From assembly GCA_030390025.1 (NCBI GenBank), contig CM059431.1, forward strand, positions 98,396,001-98,460,000: 64,000 bases of DNA, read 5' to 3'. This DNA is from Squalus acanthias. Taxonomy: Eukaryota. Every line of letters starts with the position of its first letter. Within the stretch, counting starts at the first letter, position 1. The position numbers and the translations under genes were made by a program. The notes below the pieces were generated by a model. It saw only the letters and a list, made by a program, of their open reading frames with translations. It did no database searches and was not told the origin of the DNA. Below are positions 48,107 through 62,371 of the stretch, piece by piece.

Positions 48107-48171
48107 GACAGAGAATGGGTGAATCATGGGTAGCTCTTGCATGATGCTGACATATTCTTGTTTTATTCCAG

Positions 48172-48363
48172 GGTGCTACTGGTGTCCCAGGGCCAATGGG
48201 TATTCCAGGACCCAAAGGTGACCCAGGTGATATCCAAACTTTACCTGGACTGAAAGGAGATCGAGGTGACTCTGGTTCCCCGGGTACTCCAGGCGTGCCT
48301 GGCTTGGATGGATTACCCGGCAAAGATGGCTCTTCCGGCTTCCCAGGACCCAAGGGTGAATCA
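48172..48363 (+). CDS. COL4A5: COL4A5 exon 25 (192 bp)
   Basis: [16 protein letters not shown] resembles alpha5 KGEPGDILTFPGMKGD; AG/GT. Confidence 0.96.
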
Positions 48364-48629
48364 GTAAGTGCCAAGATGTGGAACTGTTCAGCGAGTGATT
48401 GAGGGGTTGCCTATGGGACACTAATATCAGGAGGGCAGAGACGATGTCGCTCAATAGACAGCACACAGTCAGTGATTTCAGATTCCTTGATCTCAATCTG
48501 GCTCAGCTCCTCAAACTATTTCAACACATTGCAATCTTGTGATTGACTGTCACAGAACAACAAAGTCTAGGCCGTGTTCCCTCTGAAATTCAACATTTTG
48601 GGGCAAATCGTCACATTATGACCCCCCAA

Positions 48630-48778
48630 CATCGGGACTTATCCCAGCACAGAAACTCACCCCAGCAGATAGACTTATCCCAGCACAGAAACTCACCCCA
48701 GCAGATAGACTTATCCCAGCACAGAAACTCACCCCAGCATCGAGACTTATCCCAGCACAGAAACTCACCCCAGCAGAA
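48630..48778. repeat. Short tandem repeat, 36-bp unit x4
   Basis: gacttatcccagcacagaaactcaccccagcagata. Confidence 0.9.
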
Positions 48779-49334
48779 AGACTCATCTACAGGGAAAGCA
48801 TATCAATCTTCTCTCTCCCTCTGCTATTGTCCCTTCATTTCCTCTCTCCCTTTGGTATTGTGGATTTTATTGATTAATTAAATTCTCATTTAAACACTAA
48901 AGGGCAGAACTTTGCAGGGCTCTGGGGACAGGGCAGGGATGAGTGGGACTAATTGGAGAGCTCTTTCAAAGAGCTGGCACAGGCACGATGGGCCAAATGG
49001 CCTCCTTCTGTGCCGTACGATTCTATGACATTGCAAGGCTTCACTGCCAGCTAGGATGAGGATGTGAGTTGGAGAAAGTTTGTAAGCTGAATTCTGTGCT
49101 GGGGGCTTGTGTCTATGCGGCTCCTTACTGGCAGCAGATTCTGCAACTTCTACCCTGAGATCAAACAGAACGCTGAATATAGCAACAGTATTTGCAAAGG
49201 TAGTACTCCTTGGGATCAACGTAGGAAGAGAACGTTGGATAAACGTTGGTTCTATCAGCCAGTGTAGGCCATAGGTTGCTAAGGGAAGGGCGTAGCATCT
49301 TGTGAACTGTTAACTGTCATCTCTAACTGTTCAG

Positions 49335-49503
49335 GCAACCATCGGCTTCAAAGGTGATCCAGGTATCCCTGGAACTCCAGGTTTACATGGAGCACCAGGA
49401 GATCAGGGACCTCCGGGACTTCCAGGAGTGGGTGAGCCAGGCTTTCCGGGTGAAAAGGGCAGCCAAGGATTTCCAGGTCGTCCAGGAATACCTGGTACAA
49501 CAG
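49335..49503 (+). CDS. COL4A5: COL4A5 exon 26 (169 bp) [10 protein letters not shown]...
   Basis: AG/GT; phase 0 to 1. Confidence 0.95.
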
Positions 49504-51107
49504 GTAAGTTCTGGTCCAGCACTCCGTCTCTTAGCCAACCTTCAGTGCAATGTGGATTCGCGATACACCATCCGAATCCCATCCGTTAACGGATGGAATA
49601 TCCTGCGCGGCTCACAGATCTGTGCACCTCTATTCTAAATATGCATTAAATGGTTGTGGATGAGAAACAGAAGCACAACTTGTAAAGATGAAACCACTGG
49701 CCCACATATTTTGTGACTCTCTCGATCAGTGACAAAGGCAGTCCTTCGGATCAGCGAGGATTGTGCGAGAATGCTTAACCTGCTCGTGTAGGAGCCGGTT
49801 TGAACGCAAGCCTTAACTTAGAGCGTTCCACACTGCCCGCTGGTGGACTGGTCAGTAAGAAAGTTCCGGGGCTTCCTCTCCGTCCCCCTCTCTCAGGAGA
49901 TTGCGTGAACGGGGAGAGTGCGTTGGCATCGAGGTATTGGGGTATGTAGCTTGCTCCATGTCGGGATGGGACAAGGCTTGAGATGCCAACTGGTTTGTGC
50001 CTCTTCACATATTCATAAGAAAAAGGAAGGGAGACAAGAGGCAGAGAATAGTGGAATGTAGACAGTCTGATCGCTCCTGAACAGAGAGTGGAGGCTGTGT
50101 CATTCTGGTTGTGTTGGTCTCACACCCTCACCACAGCACCAAAACAAAACTAGTGGCCACCACAACCCGGGAAAATAAACCCGCACCAAAAACACAGAGA
50201 GTTACAGCTTTGGTCGCAATCGCCGCTCCGGGGGCAAACTGCGCCCAAAATTGCGCTCGTTTGAGAAGAGATTTTTTTCCCCTCAAGTTTCCGCTCAAAC
50301 TCATTTGCATATCGCCGAAGGCAGAATCTTCCCTGAACCAGCACAATCGGGTCGCGTTTCAGCACGTAATATATTTTTTAAAATGTATTGCTTTAAAATT
50401 ATTCCTTGATGTATTTAAGAGCAGTAACCTGGTGCAGGTTTATTAATACAGCTGGAAATGGGCTTATCACAAAAAATAAGCATTTTTAATCAGAGTGTCT
50501 CCTCCACCAGTGAGTAACCCGATTTTAAATACCTGAAAATGACTTAAAAGAACTAAACAGAGCCAGTTGCTAGTTATATTGGTCTACAGATGTCAGTTTT
50601 TAGTAAATTAAAAATAAATTATATTCAAAAGCTTTTAAAATGTATCTATTAGTGTTCTTGTGCCCAAAAGAACCGGCTTAATTTTAAGAGCCTCCTCGAA
50701 CTCCCGCAAACGGGCGCAACTAGCAGCAGCTCGCCACGGTGATGACTTCGATCCGGGGCCGTGGCCAGGTTTGTGGGCGGGGCTGGCTTCCAGCGCGATG
50801 TATTTTAAACCAGCGCAAAAGATGGCGGAAACTCGCTTTACGCTGAACGTAACTTGTGATTAAAATTCCTCCGTCTTTTGCATAGATTTCGGGCGAATTG
50901 TGCTGAAAAAACCAGCGCAGCGAACGGAAGGTCCAGGCCTCCAACTTCCACTGACTTTCTGAGTTTAGAATAAGAAAGAAATAGGAGCAGGAGTCGGCCA
51001 TTCAGCCCTTCGAGCCTCCTCCGGTAGATTTACTCGAATATATTAATTCGCGATCGCTACTGTTTCATGTGACTCTAATTGTTCTGTCAACTGTTTCCTT
51101 GCTACAG

Positions 51108-51200
51108 GTCAGAAAGGTGAATCAGGCAACGGCATAAGTAGACCGGGATCCCCAGGTCTGCCCGGGACTCAGGGTTTGAGAGGCGAGCCGGGAGGTCGAG
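51108..51200 (+). CDS. COL4A5: COL4A5 exon 27 (93 bp)
   Basis: (G)QKGESGNGISRPGSPG...; AG/GT. Confidence 0.95.
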
Positions 51201-51370
51201 GTAAGTTCACCTGTCGGCCCAACCGTCAGCGGGAAATGTGGTAAATACATTAACCAACTGAGCCGAGTTAATCTTCCAGATCCTGATCTTCATCCTTGTC
51301 TATATTAACAGATACTTCACCGGCTAAGGTCTTTTTCTGAATGAATGTTTGTTGTCTTTCTGCCCAATAG

Positions 51371-51475
51371 GTGACCCCGGGCTGCCAGGGGCCCCTGGCG
51401 TGCAAGGTGCTGTCGGACCGAAAGGTGATCCCGGTCCAACTGGGATAGGATTTCCGGGACCAACTGGTGTTAAAG
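51371..51475 (+). CDS. COL4A5: COL4A5 exon 28 (105 bp)
   Basis: (G)DPGLPG...[11 protein letters not shown](G); AG/GT. Confidence 0.95.
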
Positions 51476-54400
51476 GTAACCGTACTCATAAACCACACCG
51501 TGACCGTACCGTACTCATAACCCGCACCGTAACCATACCGTACTCACAAACCGCAACATAATCATACCGTACTCATAAACCGCACCATAACCATACCGTA
51601 CTCATAAACCACACCGTGACCGTACTGTACTCATACACCACACCGTAACCATACCGTACTCATAAACCACACCGTGACCGTACTGTACTCATACACCACA
51701 CCGTAACCATACCGTACTCATACATCACACCGTAACCATACTGTACTCATAAACCGCAACGTAACCGTACCGTACTCATAAACCACACCGTGACCGTACT
51801 GTACTCATACACCACACCGTAACCATACCGTACTCATAAACCACACCGTGACCATACCGTACTCATAAACCACACCGTGACCGTACTGTACTCATACACC
51901 ACACCGTAACCATACCGTACTCATAAACCACACCGTGACCGTACTGTACTCATACACCACACCGTAACCGTACCGTACTCATAAACCACACCGTGACCAT
52001 ACCGTACTCACACACCACACCGTAACCGTACCGTACTCATAAACCGCAACGTAACCATACCGTACTCATACACCACACCATAACCATACCGTACTCATAA
52101 ACCACACCGTGACCATACCGTACTCATAAACCACACCGTAACCATACCGTACTCATAAACCACACCGTGACCATACCGTACGCATACACCACACCGTAAC
52201 CGTACCGTATTCATAAACCGCAACGTAACCATACCATACTCATACACCACACCGTAACCATACCGTACTCATACACCACACCGTAACCATACCGTACTCA
52301 TAAACCACACCGTGACCATACCGTACGCATACACCACACCGTAACCGTACCGTATTCATAAACCGCAACGTAACCATACCGTACTCATACACCACACCAT
52401 AACCATACCGTACTCATACACCACACCGTAACCATACCGTACTCATAAACCACACCGTGACCATACCGTACTCATAAACCACACCGTAACCGTACCATAC
52501 TCATAAACTGCACCGTAACCGTACCGTACTCATAAACTGCACCGTAACCGTACCGTACTCATACACCACACCATAACTGTACCGTACTCATAAACCGCAC
52601 CATAACCATACCATACTCATAAACCGCACCGTAACCGTACTGTACTCATACACCACACCATAACTGTACCGTACTCATAAACCGCACCGTAACCGTACTG
52701 TACTCATAAACCACACCGTAACCGTACCGTACTCATAAACCGCACCGTAACCGTACACATACACCGCACCGTAACCGTACTGTACTCATAAACCACACCG
52801 TGACCGTACCATACTCATAAACTGCACCGTAACCGTACCGTACTCATAAACTGCACCGTAACCATACCATACTCATACACCGCACCGTAACTGTACCGTA
52901 CTCATACACCTCACCGTAACCATACCATACTCATACACCGCACCGTAACTGTACTGTGCTCATACACCGCACCATAACCATACCGTACTCATACACCACA
53001 CCGTAACCATACCGTATTCATACACCGCACTGTAACTGTACCGTACTCATACACCGCACCGTAACCATACCATACTCATACACCGCACCGTAACCATACC
53101 GTACTCATAAACCACACCATAACCATACCGTACTCATACACCACACCGGAACCATACCATACTCATACACCGCACCGTAACCGTACCGTACTCATACACC
53201 ACCCCGTAACCATACCGTACTCATACACCACACCGGAACCATACCATACTCATACACCGCACCGTAACCGTACCGTACTCATACACCGCACCGTAACCAT
53301 ACCGTACTCATACACCACACTGTAACCGTACCGTACTTATACACCAGACCGTAACCATACTGTGCTCGTACACCACACCGTAACCGTACCGTACTCATAC
53401 ACCACACTGTAACTATACCGTACTCATACACCAGACCGTAACCATACTGTGCTCATACACCGCACTGTAACCGTGCCATACCCATGCACCACACCGTAAC
53501 CATACCGTACTCATACACCACACCGTAACCATACCGTACTCATAAATCGCACCGTAACCGTACCATACTCATACACCGCATCGTAACCATACCATACTCA
53601 TACACCGCACCGTAACTGTACCGTACTCACTCATACACCACACCGTAACCATACCGTACTCATACACCGCACCGTAACTGTACCGTACTCATACACCGCA
53701 CCGTAACCATACCATACTCATACACCGCACCGTAACCATACCGTACTCATACACCACACCGTAACCATACCGTACTCATACACCGCACCGTAACTGTACC
53801 GTACTCATACACCGCACCGTAACCATACCATACTCATACACCGCACCGTAACCATACCGTACTCATACACCACACCGTAACCATACCGTACTCATACACC
53901 ACACTGTAACCGTACCGTACTTATACACCAGACCGTAACCATACTGTGCTCGTACACCACACCGTAACCGTACCGTACTCATACACCACACTGTAACTAT
54001 ACCGTACTCATACACCAGAACCGTAACCATACCGTGCTCATACACCGCACTGTCCTCACCGTGACCATACCGTACGCATACACCACACCGTAACCGTACC
54101 GTATTCATAAACCGCAACGTAACCATACCATACTCATACACCACACCGTAACCATACCGTACTCATAAACCACACCGTGACCATACCGTACTCATAAACC
54201 ACACCGTAACCGTACCATACTCATAAACTGCACCGTAACCATACCATACTCATAAACTGCACCGTAACCGTACCGTACTCATACACCACACCATAACTGT
54301 ACCGTACTCATAAACCGCACCATAACCATACCATACTCATAAACCGCACCGTAACCGTACTGTACTCATAAACCACACCGTAACCGTACCGTACTCATAA

Positions 54401-55820
54401 ACCACACCGTAACCGTACACATACACCGTACCGTAACCGTACTGTACTCATAAACCACACCGTGACCGTACCATACTCATAAACTGCACCGTAACCGTAC
54501 CGTACTCATAAACTGCACCGTAACCATACCATACTCATACACCACACCGTAACTGTACCGTAACGTCATACACCAGACCGTAACCATACTGTGCTCATAC
54601 ACCGCACTGTAACCGTGCCATACCCATGCACCACACCCGTAACCATACCGTACTCATACACCACACCGTAACCATACCGTACTCATAAATCGCAACCGTA
54701 ACCGTACCATACTCATACACCGCATCGTAACCATACCGTACTCATACACCGCACCGTAACTGTACCGTACTCATACACCACACCGTAACCATACCGTACT
54801 CATACACCGCACCGTAACTGTACCGTACTCATACACCACACCGTAACCATACCGTACTCATACACCGCACCGTAACCATACCATACTCATACACCGCACC
54901 GTAACCATACCGTACTCATACACCACACCATAACCATACCGTACTCATACACCACACTGTAACCGTACCGTACTTATACACCAGACCGTAACCATACTGT
55001 GCTCGTACACCACACCGTAACCGTACCGTACTCATACACCACACTGTAACTATACCGTACTCATACACCAGACCGTAACCATACTGTGCTCATACACCGC
55101 ACTGTAACCGTGCCATACCCATGCACCACACCGTAACCATACCGTACTCATACACCACACCGTAACCATACCGTACTCATAAATCGCACCGTAACCGTAC
55201 CATACTCATACACCGCATCGTAACCATACCATACTCATACACCGCACCGTAACTGTACCGTACTCATACACCACACCGTAACCATACCGTACTCATACAC
55301 CGCACCGTAACTGTACCGTACTCATACACCGCACCGTAACCATACCATACTCATACACCGCACCGTAACCATACCGTACTCATACACCACACCGTAACCA
55401 TACCGTACTCATACACCGCACCGTAACTGTACCGTACTCATACACCGCACCGTAACCATACCATACTCATACACCGCACCGTAACCATACCGTACTCATA
55501 CACCACACCGTAACCATACCGTACTCATACACCACACTGTAACCGTACCGTACTTATACACCAGACCGTAACCATACTGTGCTCGTACACCACACCGTAA
55601 CCGTACCGTACTCATACACCACACTGTAACTATACCGTACTCATACACCAGACCGTAACCATACTGTGCTCATACACCACACTGTAACCGTGCCATACCC
55701 ATGCACTACACCGTAACCATACCGTACTCATACACCACACTGTAACTATACCATACTCACACACTACACCGTAACTGTACCATACTCATACACCACGCTG
55801 TAACCGTACCGTATCCATAC
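51476..55820. repeat. Minisatellite, 29-bp unit CGTAACCATACCGTACTCATACACCACAC (about 4.3 kb)
   Basis: Periodicity read directly; starts at the splice donor. Confidence 0.97.
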
Positions 55821-57140
55821 ATAAGAACATAAGAATTAGGAGCAGGAGTCAGCCATTTGGCCGCTCGAGCCTGCTCTGCCATTCAATAAGATCATGGCTG
55901 ATCTTCGACCTCAACTCCACTTTCCCGCACTATCCCCATATTCCTTAATTCCCTTAATATCCAAAAATTCTATCGATCTCTGTCTTGAATATACTCAATG
56001 ACTGAGCCTCCACAGCCCTCTGGGGCAGAGAATTCCAAAGATTCACAACCTTCTGAGTGAAGAAATTTCTCCTCATCTCAGTCTTAAATGGCCGACCCCT
56101 TATTCTGAGACTGTGACCCCTGGTTCTAGAAGCCCCAGCCAGGGGAAACATCCTCCATGCATCAGTCTAGTGAACCTTTGTTGCACTCCCTCTATGGCAA
56201 GTATATCCTTCCTTAGGTAAGGAGACCAAAACTGTACACAATACTCCAGGTGTGGTCTCACCAGGGCCCTATATAATTGCAGTAAGATGTCTTTACTCTT
56301 ATACTCAAATCCTCTTTTAATAAAGGCCAACATACCATTTGCTTTCCTAATTGCTTGCTGTACCTGCATGTTAACTTTCAGTGATTCGTGTACAAGGACA
56401 CCCAGGTCCCTCTGAACACCAACATTTCCCAATCTCTCACCATTTAAAAAATACTCTGCTTTTCTATTTTTCCTACTAATGTGGATAACTTCACAGTTCT
56501 CCACATTATATTCCATTTGCCATGTTCTTGCCCACTCACTTAGCTTGTCTATATCCCCTTGAAGCCTCTTTGCATCCTCCTCACAACTTACATTCCCACC
56601 CAGCTTTGTATCATCAGCAAACTTGGATATATTACATTTGGTCCCCTCATCCAAATCATTGATATAGGTTGTGAATAGCTGAGGCCCAAGCACTGATCCT
56701 TGCGTCACCCCACTAGTTACAGCTGCCAACCTGAAAATGACCCATTTATTCCTACTCTCTGTTTTCTGTCCGTTAACCAATCCTCAATCCATGCTAGTAT
56801 ATTACCCCAATCCCATGAGCCCTAATTTTGTTTAATAACCTCTTGTGTGGCACCTTATCGAATGCCTTCTGAAAATCCAAATACATCACATCCACTGGTT
56901 CCCCCTTATCTATTCTGCTAGTTACAACCTCAAAAAACTCTAACAGATTCATCAAATACGATTTCCCTTTCATAAATCGTGTTGACTCTGCCCAATCCTA
57001 TTATTATTTTCTAAGTGCCCTGTTACCACGTCCTTAATAATAGATTCTAGCATTTTCACTACTACTGATGTCAGGCTAACTGGTCTGCAGTTCCCCGTTT
57101 TCTCTCTCCCTCCTTTCTTAAATAATGGGGTTACATTTGT
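55817..57140 (-). mobile_element. CR1 LINE, 5'-truncated (RT domain to 3' tail), internally deleted
   Basis: GVTQGSVLGPQLF...FADDTKL...LVRPHLEYCVQFWSP; (cataagaa)2 tail. Confidence 0.95.
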
Positions 57141-57276
57141 TCATACACCACACTGTAACCGTACCGTACCCATACACCACTAATGCATATTTATGGCTAG
57201 TTTGATTGAAATAAGTTTGTAGTTTCGATGTGGTTCTGGTGATCTTGCACTCTAACTTCAGCAGAAAATCGGCCGA

Positions 57277-57410
57277 ACCCCCCCAACCCAAACCCCCCCA
57301 ACCCAAACCCCCCACCAAACCCCCCACCGAACCCAAACCCCCCACCAAACCCCCACCAAACCCAAACCCCCCCAACCCAAACCCCCCCCACCCAAAACCC
57401 CCACCCACCA
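57277..57410. repeat. C-rich low-complexity repeat (cccaaacccccc)
   Basis: Read directly. Confidence 0.85.
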
Positions 57411-57885
57411 ACGCGGAAACAGGCCATTCAGCCCATCCAGTCCGTGTCAGAGTTTACCCTCTACACAACCAAATGGTCCGAATCACATTGACCCGCCCTG
57501 TGCCCCTATCCCTTCCTCCCCCTTTCCAATCTAACCTCGAGTGTTGACACTGTTTCTGCCTCAATCACTAACCCTGGGAGTGAATCCACAGCCTCACAAC
57601 TCTGTGTGAAGAGGTTTCTCCTACCCTCTGTCCTAAATCTCTTGCATTTGTTCTTGTATCTGTGGCCCCTCGATCTAGACCCTCCACTACTGGGAACAGT
57701 CGGCTTCTATCCACCCTTCCATCATTTTAAACACTTCTATCGTATTGCCCTGTAATCTGCGTCGTGCTATCGAAAAAAGACCCAATATTTTCAAGTCTTT
57801 CCTCCTGTTTGTATTACCTTACACCAGGCAGCATCCCGGTGAATCCGAAGTCATTCACATACAGTACATCCTTTCTATCTCACAG

Positions 57886-57983
57886 GTGTGCAAGGAATTC
57901 CAGGACAGTCAGGACCTCCTGGTCTTTCAGGACAGCCAGGGTATGATGGCCTCCCAGGCCAGCCAGGCACCCCAGGGATAAAG
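57886..57983 (+). CDS. COL4A5: COL4A5 exon 29 (98 bp)
   Basis: AG/GT; phase 1 to 0; Gly-X-Y. Confidence 0.95.
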
Positions 57984-58061
57984 GTCAGCAATTAAACCCG
58001 ATGTACAATGACATTTGACTCCAATGCATTTCTTTCTTTTTTACTTTCCTTCTAATCCTTG

Positions 58062-59085
58062 TTACTAATGACCTGGACTTGGGTATACAGTGATGTTCCC
58101 CAGGGGTCGGTGTTAGGACCACTGCTCTTTTTGATATGTATTAATGACCTGGACTTGGGTATACAGATCATCATTTCAAAGTTCACGACAGGAAACAGTG
58201 AGGAGGATAGGAACAGACTTCAGGAGGACGTAGACAGACTGGTAAATGGGCAGACACATGGCCGATGAAATTTAATGCAGAGAAGTGTAAAATGATACAT
58301 TTTGGTAGGAAGAATGAGGAGAGGTAATAGAAACTAAAGGGTACAATTTTAAAGGGGGTGCAGGAACAGAGAGACCTGGGGGTGTACATACACAAATCTT
58401 TGAAGGTGGCAGGATAAGTCGAGAAAGTTGTTAAAAAAGCACATGGGATCCTGGGCTTATTACTAGAGGCACAGAGTACAAAAGCAAGGAAGTGATGCTA
58501 AATCTTTATAAATCACTGGTTAGGCCCCAGCTGGAGTATTGTGTTCAATTCTGGGCACCGCACTTTAGGAACATTTTCAAGGCGTTGGAGAGGGTGCAGA
58601 GGAGATTGACCAGAATGGTTCCAGGGATGAGGGACTTCAGTTATGTGGAGAGACTGGAGAAGCTGGGATTGTTCTCCTTAGAGCAGAGAAGGTTAAAGGG
58701 GAGATTTAATAGAGGTGTTCAAAATCATGAAGGGTTTTGATAGAGTAAATAAGGAGAAACTGTTTCCAGTGGCAGGAGGGTCGGTAAGCAGAGGACACAG
58801 ATTGAAGATAATTGGCAAAAGAACCAGAAGGGGAGATGAGGAGAAATGTTTTTCTACGCAGCGAGTTGTTGTGATCTGGAACGCGCTGCCTGAAAGGGCG
58901 GTGGAAGCAGATTCAATAGTAACTTTCAACAGGGAATTGGAGAAATACTTGAAGGGAAAAATTTTGCAGGGCTATGGGGAAAGAGCAGGGGGGAGTGGGA
59001 CTAATTGGAGAGCTCATTAAAAGAGCCGGCACAGGCACGATGGGCCGAATGGCCTCCTTCTGTGTTGTAAGATTCTAGGATTCTA
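58062..59085 (+). mobile_element. CR1 LINE 3' fragment (degenerate RT)
   Basis: VPQGSVLGPLLF...LVRPQLEYCVQFWAP...WNALP with frameshifts. Confidence 0.92.
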
Positions 59086-59111
59086 ACCGACTAATTCTTT
59101 ACTGAATTCAG

Positions 59112-59262
59112 GGACAAGCAGGAGTGGGACTCCCAGGCCCCCAAGGACTCCCAGGCACCCCAGGTTTCGATGGAATACAAGGAGCTAAAGGCGACCCAGG
59201 GCTCCCTGGCATACCTGGAGGGCCAGGCCGCCCGGGCTTACCTGGCTTCCCAGGTGAAAAAG
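59112..59262 (+). CDS. COL4A5: COL4A5 exon 30 (151 bp)
   Basis: [12 protein letters not shown]...GEK(G); AG/GT. Confidence 0.95.
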
Positions 59263-60233
59263 GTAAGCAAAAGGTCAACTCCAACGAAAGTTACAAAGAA
59301 TGGACTTCAAATCTACCTTTAAAATGAGTGTTAGAAAGAAAACTAGAATTTGCAATTCTATAGCGCCTTTCAGCACCTCCAGACGTCCCAAAGAGCTTCA
59401 CGGCCAATGAGGTTATTGTTTTAATTAACGAATTGTAGTCACTGCTTCAATGGAAGGTTAAAGCTAGTCGCAGTTAGCTAGCGATGCACAGATTGATCGA
59501 GGGGGCGACCCCATCAGCTACCATTCCATGTCATAAAATAGCAACACGCTGCCCACAGGTGTCGGATCTGGGCTGGCAGGAGACGAGTTTCCCCACTTCC
59601 CCGGCGCGTACTCACAAATTAACTCCCAGTCAAATTATTTTTTTTAATTACAAAGCTGAAAAATGTACTTTCTTAATTCTCTGGTAGACACTTCACAAAT
59701 CTGCGCGTTGTTACGGTTTAGGGTTTTGGTGGTTTCCCCAGTTACTAGCAGCGTTGCCCAGAGGGATTCCTGTCCTGACAATACAGCAATCTGACCTTCG
59801 TCGAGATGACTACCCCAAGTTCCCTGCTTGCAGTGATCGGCTCACTGCAGTAAACGCAGTGCACACTGCACAACCAAATGCTCTTTGAATTTACGCGTGT
59901 TAACCGTAACCTTATGAATTCAGACCCTCTGGTGTGGAGTCTTGCCTGCTGAGGGCACATGGCAGGAAATGGCCAGCTGACTTTCTATTAATGATGGAAC
60001 GCGGCTGCAATTTCCTGATATGAATTCCCAACGGCTGAGACTTTGAATCTGGCGAGCGCACTAGTGGAGAATCGCCACAATTGTCCCAAGTTTTTACAGA
60101 AAATGGTAGTCATTTGGAATTAAGTAATGATAAGAAGCAAAAAGACTAAAATGTACAAAGTATCTCAAGATACGGGGAAGAAAAGAAGTCAGTAATGGGT
60201 CAACTGTCCTACTTAGGATTTTGGAAGCAATAT

Positions 60234-60605
60234 AGGTGTTCAAAATCATGAGGGGTCTGGACAGAGTCGATAGAGAGAAACTGTTCCCATTGGCGGAAGG
60301 GTCGAGAACCAGAGGACACAGATTTAAGGTGATTGGCAAAAGAACCAAAGACAACATGAGGAAAAACTTTTTTACGCAGCGAGTGGTTAGGATCTGGAAT
60401 GCACTGCCTGAGAGGGTGACGGAGGCAGACTCAATCACGGCTTTCAAAAGGGAATTGGATAAGTACCTGAAAGAAAAAAATTTGCAGGACTACGGGGAAA
60501 GGGCGGGGGAGTGGGACTAGCTGAAGTGCTCTTGCAGAGAGCCGGCATGGGCTCGACGGGCTGAATGGCCTCCTTCTGTGCTGTAACCATTCTATGATTC
60601 TATGA
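60234..60605 (+). mobile_element. CR1 LINE 3' fragment
   Basis: FKIMRGLDRVD...WNALP; (attctatg)2 tail. Confidence 0.9.
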
Positions 60606-61654
60606 CAATTTTTCACGGCTCACTGAACATATTTCTGATTTCTGGCAAAGCCAGTGTGTTTTGTCGTATTGTATAGTGTAACATGTTGAACAGAGCATGG
60701 AAAGGAATCATTCATCTAATCACAATCCAGGTTTGGAAAGAAGTGCTAAAGTGAAGCAACCTTCAACGTTTAGCTTCTCACTGGTTAAAGCTCAGCCTCT
60801 GTGCGACTTCTTTCAAAGTGAAGTTGTCTCATGAGCTTAAATGACCTTACATTCGTTTACTTCCTGTAATTGTCACACTTACTTCCTGTCACACTTCAGA
60901 TGTCACATTTTGTTGGTTGGCTCAAGTTGAAAAGGCAACAAATCAGAACTGAGGGAGTAGGCGGCATACAAATCAAAATTCAGGAAAGGGGATAAGAAAG
61001 TCAATGGACTGTGCGTTACTTAGCGTGAGAAGCCTATTATAAACCAGCACATCCTGGGCATCGCCACAGGGTTCTGCTAGCACAGGTGAAAATGTCAAAT
61101 ACAAATAAATACATCACGCAAGTGCAGAGCTCATCAGGATTCGCTCAATTAGCAAATCCCCACCAATCAATGAACTAACCAGTTTACAAAGTATTTACAG
61201 CACAGAAACAGGCCACTCGGCCAGACAGGTTCCTGCCGGTGTTGGTGATCCACACGAACCTCCGCCCAGTTTGATCCTTAAGTCAGAAGATTGCACCAGA
61301 GGAGCCACTCTCCACATTGGCTCCCCCCGGTGTGGAGTTTCGCAATATTTGGATATTGACAAATCGGGATCACGCTTCCCCAACAGAAAATCATGGGGAG
61401 ACCGTCGACAGTTTCCGAGCGTTCACTTCTAGCAGACGGAAAATCGGAAACGCGCCTGTAATTTTCCGACATGTGCTCCCAGCAGGTGATGCTCCGCATC
61501 GGGAGTTGTCCTTAAGAGGATCGTCCTTCTGCTCTGTCAGGCAGATCATTGAGGGTTCCTAAATTTGGTCTTGTATCGACGGCACAGCACGGGAACTAAG
61601 ACGAGTACAAACCAAATAAAATGAATTGAATTGAATCTTTGGGGGGAGAGAGCA

Positions 61655-62065
61655 ATTTACACAGACTGGACTCATACTCCCTCAAGTATAGAAGATTAAG
61701 AGGTGATCTAATCGAGGTGTTTAAGATGATTAAAGGAGTTGATGGGGTAGAGAGAGAGAAACTATTTCCTCTGGTGGGGGGAGTCCAGAACAAGGGGGCA
61801 TCACCTTAAAATTAGAGCCAGGCCGTTCAGGGGTGATGTCAGGAAGCACTTCCTCACACAAAGGGTGGTGGAAATCTGGAACACTCTCCCCCAAAAAGCT
61901 GTTGAGGCTGGGGGTCAATTGAAAATGTCAAAACTGAGTTGGATAGATTTTTTTAGGTAAGGGTATTAAGGGATACGGAACCAAGGCGGGTAAATGGAGT
62001 TAAGATACAGGTCAGCCATGATCTAACTGCTCAAGGAGCTGAATGGCCTCCTCCTGTTCCTATGT
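61655..62065 (+). mobile_element. CR1 LINE 3' fragment
   Basis: Colinear with the 42950-43790 copy but without its nested insert. Confidence 0.85.
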
Positions 62066-62229
62066 CACAGCAATGAGGTGATCAAGGCTTTGTCCCGGAA
62101 TGGCTTCTGATGGGTAATCAGGAAGGTGCAGAATTGGACTTCCACTCTGATCATTTTGAGGATTGACCGTGGATTTATAACAACGGGCGTGAGACATTTC
62201 GGATACACATTTGGCTCTTTGTTCTTCAG

Positions 62230-62343
62230 GCAGCCACGGTCTAGTGGGCGTGCAGGGCCCCGTGGGACCCCCTGGACCTCCAGGAATCGGTGCACCAGGA
62301 CAAGTAGGCAATCCAGGACCACAAGGACCGTCCGGCCTTCCAG
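62230..62343 (+). CDS. COL4A5: COL4A5 exon 31 (114 bp)
   Basis: (G)SHGLVGVQG...GIGAPG...; AG/GT. Confidence 0.95.
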
Positions 62344-62371
62344 GTATGTTCAAGACACTTCTTAGTAAAAA

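Noticed and set aside
45231..48108. Long repetitive ORFs on both strands (also 62530-63739, 16319-20012, 20291-21245, 22525-23331, 39411-40097)
   Set aside because: Artefacts of 33-, 51-, 42- and 31-bp minisatellite units.
55954..56780. Functional reverse transcriptase gene
   Set aside because: 5'-truncated, frameshifted and internally deleted CR1 copy.
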